Positions 39,053-50,460 of a DNA stretch of 64,000 bases are shown one piece after another. Each line of letters starts with the position of its first letter. The first letter of the stretch is position 1. Where the stretch lies: positions 14,384,001 through 14,448,000 of the forward strand of contig NC_092671.1 of assembly GCF_964355755.1 (NCBI RefSeq), written 5' to 3'. Position numbers and translations under genes: made by a program. The notes under the pieces were generated by a model that did no database searches, was not told where the DNA came from, and saw nothing but the letters and a program-made list of their open reading frames with translations. This DNA is from Antedon mediterranea (taxonomy: Eukaryota; Animalia; Echinodermata).

Positions 39053-39981
39053 TCTAAATACAGACCCGTAAATCTAGTCCGAAGATGTAAGTTGCGATTC
39101 TATTCGTGTCAGTATGTGTTTTCACGGTGTACACAATAAACTCATCACAGCCATGCAGTATTGGCAGTGATTAAAATAAATGTTCTGCTGTTGACAACAA
39201 TATCAGCATGCTCATCATTAACTGGGCATTATATTTTAAAAGAAGTACCGGTAAAATGTTCACACATAAGTAAAAAATGCATCGTTATGGCGTAAATTAT
39301 TTTAATATCAACTCATATACATTTTTGGCATTAATTCTATAAGTCAACATTAACCTATATCAATTGTTTCTAATACAATACATTACATTTAAGCAGCATA
39401 ATAATTATTATTTTTTTACAGTAATTGGCAAAAACATTTAATCAAATAATAACGATTTGTTAAAAGGCCTACTTTTGTTTAAACAAATACAAAAAGGCTA
39501 ATAATGTAAATAATATAGATATATATGATATATCTTAAAATGGGTTTGTAATTTGTAAAAAACAAAAAACTAAATTGATTATTATCATCATTTGCAATCA
39601 GCATATATTGTTGTATGGCATGATGTAAAAACTTAATATATTTGATTGGATCTACAATTACTTTATGAAACGCTGGTAGCCTTCTGAAGACCTAGTACCT
39701 TAATAATCTTCCCACGTCTTACGTTTGTTTATTTAGCAGCAAACTTCCTAAAGAATCGATAAACCACAAAACCAACGAAGAGTAGGCCTAGCCTACAACT
39801 CTGTTATGCCAAGGGTAATCGATAACAATAATGAAAATGTTTTAGGCCGATTAGATATATTCCTGTCAGAAATGTTAACAAATTTTACATTTATGAAATG
39901 GTATTTATACAGTAGTACTATTATACATCATCAAATTATATACAATAAAATGTTCTCTGGTAATTTTGTTCAACCTTCTGA

Positions 39982-40476
39982 TTATGATTTGTGATGTTGT
40001 ACTTTCTTTGTTATAGGCCTATAGTCCTCCGTCTCTTCGTTTTCTTTATGCTCTTCTGTATCTAAAACTCCTTGCAAATGTTTAATGTACTTAATCGCCA
40101 TTCGTAATGTCTCAACTTTACTAAGTCTTTTCTCTGGGTTGTCGGATGGAAGACGTTCCCGTAGCCGGGCGTATCCCTCGTTGACACACCGTACGCGTTC
40201 ACGTTCGCGTTCGTTCCGTCGTCGAATGAAGGACGGTTCAAAATCGTAAAACCCTAATGGTCCAGATAACGGGATTACTCTTGGATATGACCCCATCATA
40301 GAGCCTGAGTAACGAGATTCGATGAAATTTGGCAGTGAATAGGCATCGTGTTCTATTCTATGGTCCCGCATCGGGTACATTGAGTTTGAGCATTCGGTCA
40401 TTGGTATTCCTAATTGAACGCAAGTTGGAGTAGAATATACAACGCCTTCCGACATCGGTTCTTCCATGTGCAACAT
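39982..40476 (-). CDS. ASCL3/4/5-like: Achaete-scute b-family bHLH transcription factor (ASCL3/4/5-like), 164 aa
   Basis: FEPSFIRRRNERERERVRCVNEGYARLRERLP...EKRLSKVETLRMAIKYIKHLQ matches the ASCb signature (P.FI.KRNERER.RV.CVNEGYA.LR; EKRLSKVETLR.AI.YI). Strong splice acceptor TTTTTCCACTTTCTCTCTAG lies 58 nt upstream of the ATG (exon start 40534). Confidence 0.93.
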   Translation of the reverse strand: MLHMEEPMSEGVVYSTPTCVQLGIPMTECSNSMYPMRDHRIEHDAYSLPNFIESRYSGSMMGSYPRVIPLSGPLGFYDFEPSFIRRRNERERERVRCVNEGYARLRERLPSDNPEKRLSKVETLRMAIKYIKHLQGVLDTEEHKENEETEDYRPITKKVQHHKS

Positions 40477-41765
40477 GACAAATATACGGCTTACAAAACA
40501 GCAAAATACACAGAACCAACTTATTTCCGTCGTTCTAGAGAGAAAGTGGAAAAATATTTAGTTATCGTAACTTGCAGTAGCTGCATATTATAATCAAACA
40601 CTACAAGTACCATTTTACAGTACACATGTGTTTCCAAAACGGGAAATAAAGCAATGAAAAAATTGGAAAATACATAGGTTGTTATTTTACACTAAGTACC
40701 GTAATGCTAGATAAGTAAAATAAATTAAAACATCTACGCAAAAGAATATTGCAAATTAACTATTCTTAGCATGCAGTTTATTTATTACGTTTCATTGTTG
40801 TTATAGATTATGTTTCTATCTTTTCTGCAACTGAAAAAAATAAATTTTTATTTTGATTTGATTTGATCTGACTTGATTTAAACATTATTATGAAATTAGA
40901 ATCAAATATTTAAATTATATCCTAATCCCCTATAAAAACAAACGTGTACGATGATTAATGTTCGAAGTTCAAAAGCAGCCTTGGCATTCAAACCGGTGTT
41001 TCCCATCATAATTCATTCCATATTATGACGTGCCTTTATTATCTTATCATTTAGCATTGGCGATATTAATATCTTACATTGATCACACACGACGGAGTGG
41101 GAGAAAGCCTTCAATTATAGCGACCAGGTAAAATGGGCCATCAGAAGCCGATGAACCGGGGGCTAGAGGTCCACTAGGCTTACTTCACCTGGACAACAGG
41201 TCATTTGATCCACCACCTACAGTGTCCTGCAAAATGACCATTGGTATGAAAACACCCAGTAATAGGCTCAACTGGTTTTATGATTGATACAATTTGAATA
41301 TCAGATGGTAATACCGTTTTAGAAATGTATTATTGTGGTAATTAACTTTATAAAGCAACCCGATTCCATAATGATAGGTATAGAAAAAGCTGATAAAATA
41401 CCTTGTATATTATTACCCGTTTCTATATTAGATTTGAATTAAGATACTGCTAGCTATTAGCCTACTGTGTATAATTCAATTCAATCAAATATTTAATGAA
41501 GGTAATAAATTTAAAATAAAAGCCACAGTTATGTACCGTAGTAATACAAACAACATGAAATCTAGGAGTAGGAAAATCTTATATAGGCCTAAGCCTCAAC
41601 ATTATAATAAATATTAAATTAGGAGTACTCCCCGTTTGTTTACATGATTTCAGACTTAAATATTTTCCTTTTTTTATCTCTTTTCTATTTATTCTACACG
41701 CTCATTATTATTTTAAACATTATTTCAGCGAAGTTCTGTTCTGTACAACTAGAAACTTATAGGCC

Positions 41766-41828
41766 TAATCGTAATCATTCGTAATTATATCAACTTTAGT
41801 ATTTTCTCTGGGTTGTCGTAGCCGGGGC
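41766..41828 (-). pseudogene. Decayed, internally deleted fragment of the ASCb bHLH coding sequence
   Basis: Colinear blocks shared with 40092-40170: TAATCG, CATTCGTAAT, TCAACTTTA, TTTTCTCTGGGTTGTCG, CGTAGCCGGG. Confidence 0.7.
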
Positions 41829-43512
41829 AAACTGATTTGATTTAAAGCTTAGGGAGTGGAGTTGAAAAAGTCGTGAGTTACAATACCGTACTTAATTAAC
41901 GTTTGGTAAATTATGGATAATCATGGAGAAATAAGCAACTTATTTATCCATGAGATAAATAAATATGAAGATAAAACGAATATAATAGGCATAGGGAAAA
42001 ACTAACATAAACAATCGTTAGATTATGCATTAAACCTGTGCAACTACTACTACTTATTAGCTGTCACGATAGGCCGTATACCCCTTTTCATCGCATCCAA
42101 TAAGACGGATAATTTAAACAGTTTCATTTTAGGCTTAGGGAGTGGAGTTGAAAGAGTTACAACCCTGGCACCAGGTCCATGGTTTAATCATGGATCTGGT
42201 GCCAAGAAGGCAAGCACATTAACCATCAAGCTTCACTTATACTCCGATACTATATATTGCATTAAACTCTTCCTTTTGATACATTCACATAAATAAACGA
42301 ATTCTTGACTTTAAGGATAAGATAAGAAAAATGTCCAATTATCAGGAAAATAATGGTTACAGTTTGATTTGCAGAACAGATATTCACATGCTGTTATAAA
42401 TATAGGCAGGAAAACATACTACCATTTTTATCGCTTTAATAAAATAATTCGTTGTGTAAAATATAATGTGTAACTCTATAGCATTTTCATTTTTCAGGAA
42501 AATTCAGATTAGATCAAATATGAAATAATAGTCACAAACGAATAATATATCATATGACTAATATAGAATATGATATTAAGCCTGTAGAGAATCACAGTAT
42601 TATTAGCAATTATCATTACAAAGGTTCGGAAACTTTCGCCTAGATTGAAGAGCTTTTCCGCAGGCGAAGAGTGTAAAGATGTGGTGTCGCTACCCGGGGA
42701 GAATGCGGCAATGCCGGAAGGTTGTGACAATGGCATTGACAATGACACTAGGCCTAAATTCAATGAGTACGACAAATAGGATATGCAATATGTATACATT
42801 TTAAAAACAAAAAACCCAAACTTCAGAGGTAAACTTAAATTTTTAAAAGAAACGATAGACCTATTCCCTTGGTCATAATAATTCGAAGAACAACACAAAA
42901 ATAAAAAATCGAAAAAATATATTAGCAAAAGCTGATTTATATGTTAATAACGGTAACTAACAGCAATAACATATTTCTATAAAATATTTTTTTTGCAGAA
43001 TAGTCGTTGTTTAATTTTTACAAACTAATAATAACGTCTAACATGACAAATTAAAATGTTCGTTTTAGCCAGTAACTAAATGCTTAAAATAAAAAATTAA
43101 CGTTTAGAAAACTATTAAACTAATGAAGACGAAATAAGTATAGGCATACAACTAACATAAAAAAAAGTATCAGTATCAAAATAATTTTATACAAAAAAGA
43201 GAACAATTTACAGTATCCATTACAAAATAACATACAATTATTAAACACTTTAAAAATCGAGGCTGTGCGATAAAAAAAAATCGCACTGAAAAAAAAAGTC
43301 TCTCAGAATTAATAGTTGGGATAAAATCGTATTTACACTTACCGTTTTCATACGATCATATTATTCAAAAATACCCAATGAACTTGTTGTGCAGAGGCAG
43401 TGAGATTATGGTATCTGCGACTAGCAGACGATCAAGAGTGTAAATATCAATGATGTTGCTGAGAGTTAAGATGAGTTGTAAAGGTAGTCAGTGAAAGTTA
43501 TGTATGCATTAC

Positions 43513-43835
43513 CTTTGTTTCTCTAGTAGCACTGTCGGTATCGGGTGTCCAGGTTCTCGCCAGGTATCTTGATGTTTCGGCTCTGGCGTGAGCTTTGATC
43601 CAAGCGGGGAGCCTGTCACTGGCCCGGGGTTATACGCCAAGTTCGTACTACTTAAAGCGTTTTCTACAGACGTTGGGAAGAAACCTTCACGGTATCAACG
43701 CGATATTGGCCCGTCTTGACGTTGATGAGACCCAGGCCTAAATATTCTCAGGGTTAACTTTCTCGTCCTGTTAGATTAGCGTCTATACCAGGTAAACGTA
43801 CTTTTGAGCTTGCTGCAGGTGCATCGAGTTTGATC
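43513..43835 (-). other. Predicted upstream (5' leader) exon of the ASCb gene
   Basis: GC-richer block bounded by acceptor CCTTTTGTATAG| at 43836 and donor AAG|GTAATG at 43512. Contains a 13-aa uORF (43824-43783, MHLQQAQKYVYLV). Confidence 0.5.
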
Positions 43836-44339
43836 CTATACAAAAGGAATATGTTAACGGTGAAAAGTAACAACTGTTAATAAAACGAAACAACAATCAA
43901 CAATTGTCTAAATGTGTGCTGTCGGAGCGATACACTAATGAGAAGGTCTGGTTCAAAATACTTGATCCCGTCGACTCATCTCAGAAATTACAGAAAATCT
44001 AATACTGAAAATTGATTATACCTTATTTTATATATGCCCACCGGCCGAGAAACAACGGAAAATTACCATGGAATTTACATGAAAATATTATGCGACAAGA
44101 AATATGTCTCCTCAAGTAAAGAAAATACGGCAATACGAGGTTTTGTTAAGCTCTCACGAGCTATATCAATGCGTACCTTAAAGGGGAACACCACTGTGAT
44201 ATGTCGTATCGTTTTCAATGCTTTTGTCAATCTCTTCCCTGAAGTTCGTCTATAACGAAAACAAACTTGTTTTACGTAGTATCAATTCACTGGCGTACTT
44301 TTAAAGAGTTTAGCTACGAGAACTGATAGACTGGTTCTC

Positions 44340-44600
44340 GTCAAACTGTTTAAATAGGTCAGAAAGCGTACTATGTCGGGGTAGTCGTCACCGAAGGGTA
44401 TTTATACCCGTGATTGGCATATATGATATTAATTCGCTTTAAGCACAACCACATAATCAGTGCTTACAAGTTAAGTTCGAATCGTAACAATACCATAACT
44501 AATTTCCATCAATTGCTATTGGTTAAATTAATAATACCGCGTAACTCATCACACTGGGCGGAGTCGGAAACTTAATACGCATCTTATTGGTCAATTTGTA
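44340..44600 (-). promoter_or_regulatory. Predicted Pol II promoter of the ASCb gene
   Basis: Minus-strand TATAAATA (44406-44399) and TATTTAAA (~44356-44349). Three CCAAT boxes (44413-17, 44518-22, 44586-90) and a GC box GGGCGG (44556-61). Candidate first-exon donor AAG|GTACGC at 44176. Confidence 0.5.
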
Positions 44601-45462
44601 ATTACGTTAAACGTTTCATTGTAATTACGGTAGCTTTAATGTTTAATTAGCTTTGATCCATGCATTAACTTTTAAATTCCAACATGTTATAAACTCTTTA
44701 ATTCAATTACTACAGTAAATCTGTATTTTCATTGGTTTACTGAAGTTTTGGTTTTTTTTGTACCTATGATACCATGGATACCAAGTTTATAAATAATGGT
44801 ATTTTTAACATAAAAGCTGATACAAAAACTGTTTGCTAATGGTATTCAACAAGATTTATACTTTATTAGCTCTACTATGCTATTACCATCATTATAAACG
44901 AAAGAGATACGTTTTTAAAAATTGAATTGAGCCCACGATACATTGAACAATTACCAAAAATCAATAATACCAATAAATCGATAATAAAGCTAAATTTAAT
45001 GAGTGCTCTTCAGAATTAAACTGACAGATATTCAATAATATCACGGATATTTGTAAACATAAGAATTTTGAAAAAAAAAACTAAGGATAGGGGTGTCTTC
45101 TGAATAGAAATTGGCCAAAACATTCGTTTCAAAAGAAAATGTCCCTTAATAAGTATACAATAGGGGTATCCACTGAATAGTGGTGTCCCAAAGCAGCCTC
45201 TGTATAATTACGATTATTATATTTAAATTATTATAAATAAAAACAGAGTACTCTAGTATAAGTGACAATACATCATCATGCGAACAATGCTTCTTCAAAT
45301 TCGAATTATCTTCGTCATTACAATATAAAAAATGAGTGTGAAACAATTAATGCACCTTAAAATCAGAGCATGCTAAAGTGGTTGGAATTGATTACATGAT
45401 CTTAATCAATATCTCGCATACGTTACTATAGAGATACGCGCGTTTTGATACATGTGTGTGAT

Positions 45463-45488
45463 TTCACCTGTCTGACGTCACAGGTGAA
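45463..45488. promoter_or_regulatory. Composite E-box / CRE / E-box element
   Basis: TTCACCTG-TC-TGACGTCA-CAGGTGAA: two inverted CACCTG E-boxes around a perfect CRE. Confidence 0.4.
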
Positions 45489-45651
45489 TCGAGCCTGAAA
45501 TGACACAAGTATTAGCCACACGTTCATCCACAGGCATTGCCATGAAAATCTGATTGATTATTGCTAAGAAACTGAACATCGTCTCCTCGATACTAATGAG
45601 TTTGATGAATTTGAGAAGACAAAGTGTGAAACTAATACCGTAACTTTGTTC

Positions 45652-45818
45652 TAAAGCTCTGTCTGCACTATCAAACGTTATGTGACAACAAAATGTGATG
45701 TGCCCATATAAATAGACATGATGATGTCAAATCACTACCGTATTTGGGCATATCACCACCATATTTGGGCGCATCACACTTTTTTTGGTAAAACTTTGAT
45801 AGTGTAGACAGAGTTTTA
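45652..45818 (+). mobile_element. MITE family B, most complete copy
   Basis: TA-AAGCTCTGTCTGCACTATCAAA ... TTTGATAGTGTAGACAGAGTTT-TA, with two internal 21-bp units. Confidence 0.85.
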
Positions 45819-45982
45819 CTATTATTTCTTTCTTATCATTAACATTGTCTTTTAACGTTTCGTTTCTCTCAGAAAGTTAAATCATTATATCTCTCTTAAG
45901 CTTTCTTTTTACATAGGTTAGAATGAAGTTTAGCCAAATCTATAATTACACTATCCACTAGAATATCGGTACGTTAACTAGA

Positions 45983-46131
45983 TTTATCCAGTATCATGGG
46001 AACATTCTGTAATATAGCATCACATGTGTCTCAGATCGCCTGGTATCATACCAACATATCCCTTAACCAACACGATAACGTGTACCACATGTGATGCTGT
46101 ATTATCGAATATTCCTATGATACTGGGCAAA
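45983..46131. mobile_element. Palindromic MITE family C copy
   Basis: CCAGTATCATGGGAACATTC...AGCATCACATGTG / CACATGTGATGCT...GAATATTCCTATGATACTGG. Confidence 0.8.
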
Positions 46132-48931
46132 TATTGTAGTATGTGGAGATTTGTCAGTACTGAGAATCGGGTATGGCAACAGCCAATTTAGAAATCGTTG
46201 TTATTTGTTCGAAACCGACTACTCTGGGAAAACTATTTCTCTTCACTTTTGTGGCGTAAACACCACTTTCATTCACATTAATATCATCTTAGTCATGTCA
46301 TCGCCATAACATCTTCATACTATTTCACTATTATCACATTCTTGTCATTTTTCTAATGCTTTCGTTCCATCTTTAAGGAACACGAACAACATTCATTAAA
46401 CATTTAGTTTAAATCGCGATCATCACCAATTAGTTGGTGAAGCAGAGAACCGTAGTTTTTAAACATCGAAATATCCTAGGATCTTCAATTCAAACCAACT
46501 TATTCAATGGAATGAAAACTACAGTATAGTCCATAATACTATTATGGACTATACTTTTATTATAAGATATCTGGTTCGAATAGAGGTACGGTATCTGTGT
46601 ACGTACTTTCATGAGAAAGGCTGTGACGAGTTAAAAGAACCGTTTACTTGTACACGGGTGCATGTATCGATGATTTGAACAGCTTAGTGGACTTAATTAA
46701 ACATACTTAATTGAAATTAACGTTTTGTGTGGATTGTCTTACTGGTTCGTCGTCTGAGAATCCTGTAACCCAACGATTATTTCAATATGATTATACAGCC
46801 TGCATAATGGTGTGTTAAGTAAAGCGTAAATATAACAAAGCATCTGAAATAATTTAATTGCGGTTTACTCCCTGGTTTTGAATAATCTTCTTATTTACGC
46901 CTTTATATTTTGACATTTTCGTGTGAAAACATTTTTTAAAATAAAGAAATGTTGCTAATTCATCAAAACGTCACGAAACATCTCACAAAGTTGACGCGCA
47001 TGCGTCACGTCATTATTTTATTCGAATGTGCGTAAGTAAAGTGATGTAGGGCTTTTAATGAAGAATTACTCCCGAATTACTCAATAATAATCATAGGAAT
47101 GATGCATTGCAATTCATTTAGGTTTAATTCATTAATAATCAGATAAACAAACTCTTGAAACTGACCTCATTGAATCAATGTGAACAGATTACAATGGAAA
47201 GGGTCGATTAAAATAACTGTAATGCTACTTTGTGTTTAAGGCAATCTCACGGCGGTTATTGGTAAAGCAAGTTTATGTGTGCCATTCCCACGAACGAATT
47301 AAAGTGCCTACATTAGATTATCTATCACAAATTTTCTTATTTTACAATATGATTCGATGTTTCATGGTTTTGTCTATTAAATTCGGCCTTTTTCTTTTGT
47401 ATCAGCTCGAAATTCAGCAATTGTGGATTGGATGTGTACTACTAGTACGTATACGTGTATATAGTGATTTCTGTCTCATCAAATGCACAAGAATCGTTTG
47501 TTTAATTTAGGTAATTTTTGTTGTCACAAGACGCATGGATGGTCCTGTTCACTGCCTCAAATTAGGCTCGAGTTAAAAACTTTCCAGGAACATTTCCTTA
47601 CCGTACTTTGCCATGTTGAGCCCAATATACGTAGGCCTTTTATGTCATTCTATGTGGTAATGTGTCCGGCTTCTAAGACAGCCATTTAAATTTCAATTTA
47701 TAAAGTTTCATTTTAATAAAGTTGAATGAAATCAAAAAGTGAATTGGATACGTGCCGATACTGTTGGCCTATTTATACCATACCGTACTTCTAGTCTGTT
47801 CAGTTTTGACAAAGGACGCAACTAGTATTTACCAGGTGCATAAATCAACATTTTGAATGATTTAATATTAGATAACAGAATATCTTGATTGAGATATTAA
47901 CCTGCTAATCGTTATCTGTTAATTTCATATGTAATAGTATATGATGCACCTGATCAGTTTATTATAATGTTTTATCAAATCCTCACAAATCTGTCAACAT
48001 ATCCATGCAATAGGATATCAGAAAAAAAATAAACGACCTAGCAATATCCATTGAGCTACAAACCTGTGATTGTATTTGTCTTTATACGAATAGGAGAAAA
48101 TAATCGAAATTCGTGACAAATTGTGTTAATTCACTACCTGTTCACACGCCTTTGTGATTGACAAAGTCATTTATTATTTAACAATCACTGAATTATCGGA
48201 TCACGTCAAAACACAAGTCTAATTTTCGATTGTGTTATAGATAACCATAACGTATCATATTAATAATTTTGTATAGGACAGAAATCAATACGATCAATTG
48301 AATGGAGCACTCCCTCAGGCGGTCGTGTGTCGACCGAACCCTGGATTATTTCTCTGCTTTGCGGATCACCTGCAGAATTGTGCGCGATTGTGAGTTAGCC
48401 AAGCAGAAAATCTGTTGGTAAGCCGTCTTGGGAAACACTTCGAACAACGTTTCTTCAATTGGAATGTCTTATCCGATCTTAATTGACCGATTAAAAGTAG
48501 GTAATGCCTAATACACAAATACATGTTGAGATGTGAGCCCATCTTCCAAAAATACAATTAGAGTAAACATCGTAGAATGTAATATTTTAATTCTACAACT
48601 TAAAAATAACGCATAAAGTATGCCTCTATAAACCTTCACATCCATTTATAAAACGGTATTCTTTAAAGAATAGGGCATATTTCTCTAAAACAAGAAGCAA
48701 GAATTATACTTATTACACATTAGCCCACCAACGGCTTAACGTTTAATCTAAAAGACGATATGATTATGTAAAACGTGATGTAGAACCGAGTAAAACATGC
48801 CGTAAATGGGTTAAACGGTATATTAAGCCACATCACGTCACTTATACAATAAGATATTACAGCAAAGTGTTCGTTATGCGATCATCATTAACGATCCTGG
48901 AAAATTGAGGAGAGGAACTGCAGTCAACTTG

Positions 48932-49113
48932 ACAACCACGTAACCTCCTCACATTGGACACATAAAAACAACCACGTAACCTCCTCACATTGGACACATA
49001 AAAACAACCATGTAACCTCCTCACATTGGACACATAAAAACAACCATGTAACCTCCTCACATTGGACACATAAAAACAACCACGTAACCTCCTCACATTG
49101 GACACATAAAAAC
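48932..49113. repeat. 36-bp minisatellite, 5 copies
   Basis: Unit ACAACCAYGTAACCTCCTCACATTGGACACATAAAA. Confidence 0.95.
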
Positions 49114-50206
49114 AAAAAGAAGCCAAAACAATGTTTAATCTGGAAAATAGTGAATCCTGTTACATTGTTATGTTGTGGAGTTGACGGACACAGACAAACA
49201 GGTCATCTGTGCGTCTCTGGAGAATGCCTAATCAACCGGGTGTGGTTATTCGCAGTACTAAACTATTTTTGCTACCGTTATACTTTTTTCAACATTTCTT
49301 TTTCTTTTTTTTATTTTTATACTGTCGATATAACATTTTGCGGTTGTTATCGATTTCTATAATATAATTTTAGCCTAATTTTGATTAACTCATTTTCCAA
49401 ATATAATCAAGTAGCAAATAGGGTATAAGTTGTCGACTGCTGGGTAAACATTGCTACAAACACACGTATCTGAGTTTATAAGATGACAAGAAATACTCCC
49501 TGAATAAGCGTGTATTAAGTGCAGAACAAACACACTTAAAATATTACCAGTACATCATCGTTTTCTTTTCATCGGATTTGATTAATTAACCGACAGTTCT
49601 TTTGTTTCAAACATTGTTTAACCAGCAATATTCGTTTACTTGAAATCACAGTAATGTATAAAGACATCACCCTGAATGTAAGCAGAGAAGTTTATGTTGG
49701 AATTGTGTACGACTCGTGGCTAAATTGTAGTGTCTCGCGTTCGGTGTATGTTGGTGGCGACGAGGCCGTCAATCGGTAAACAACGCACGCAGTACTCGCA
49801 GTCAGTAGTAAATAAGAGCATTGCGCTCAAAGTCAAATACCATTTTGTTACAAAGAAATATTCTTCGGAACAGTCAAAACTGATTAATTGTTTAAATAAT
49901 CTATTTAGATTTGATATCAATGTTGGCAATTGACTTCGTGATTGCCCACGTTTTTCAGCACTAACTTCTGATTTACGTTGTGCTGCCGATCCTGCACGAT
50001 TTAAGCGCTCGGAGCAAATAAGCGCACCGTTTATTGATATTAAATCTAATTAACCGTTTATTATTGCTTAAAACCTACAGGATAGATACAACGGTGTCGG
50101 TTAGTGTTAGAAAAGATCGACATTTTATACGATACGTCAGTGGAATTCATCAATTTATATATCCACCTGCACTGTCCAATTTTCAATATTGTTATTGGAC
50201 GCGTCG

Positions 50207-50460
50207 CGACGACGATCAAATGATGTTAACCACGATGAAGACGACGACGATCAAATTATGTTAACCACGATGAAGACGACGACGATCAAATGATGTTAAC
50301 CATGACGACGATCAAATGATGTTAACCACGATGAAGACGACGACGATCAAATGATGTTAACCACGATGAAGACGACGACGATCACATGATGTTAACCACG
50401 ATGAAGATGACGACGACGATCAAATGGTGTTAACCACGATGACGACGATCAAATGACGAC
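50207..50460. repeat. ~27-39 bp minisatellite, ~7 copies
   Basis: Unit GACGACGATCAAATGATGTTAACCACGATGAA with a variable GAC count. Confidence 0.9.

Noticed and set aside
43513-43835. Telomerase RNA, RNase P or 7SK candidate
   Set aside because: No CTAACCCTAA template, P4 motif or 7SK stem recognised. The splice signals fit a leader exon better.
48857-49126. Repetitive ORFs (CFYVSNVRRLHG)n
   Set aside because: 36-bp minisatellite artefact.
49755-49766. TGGCGACGAGG resembling an LTR primer-binding site
   Set aside because: No LTR pair or gag/pol remnants nearby.
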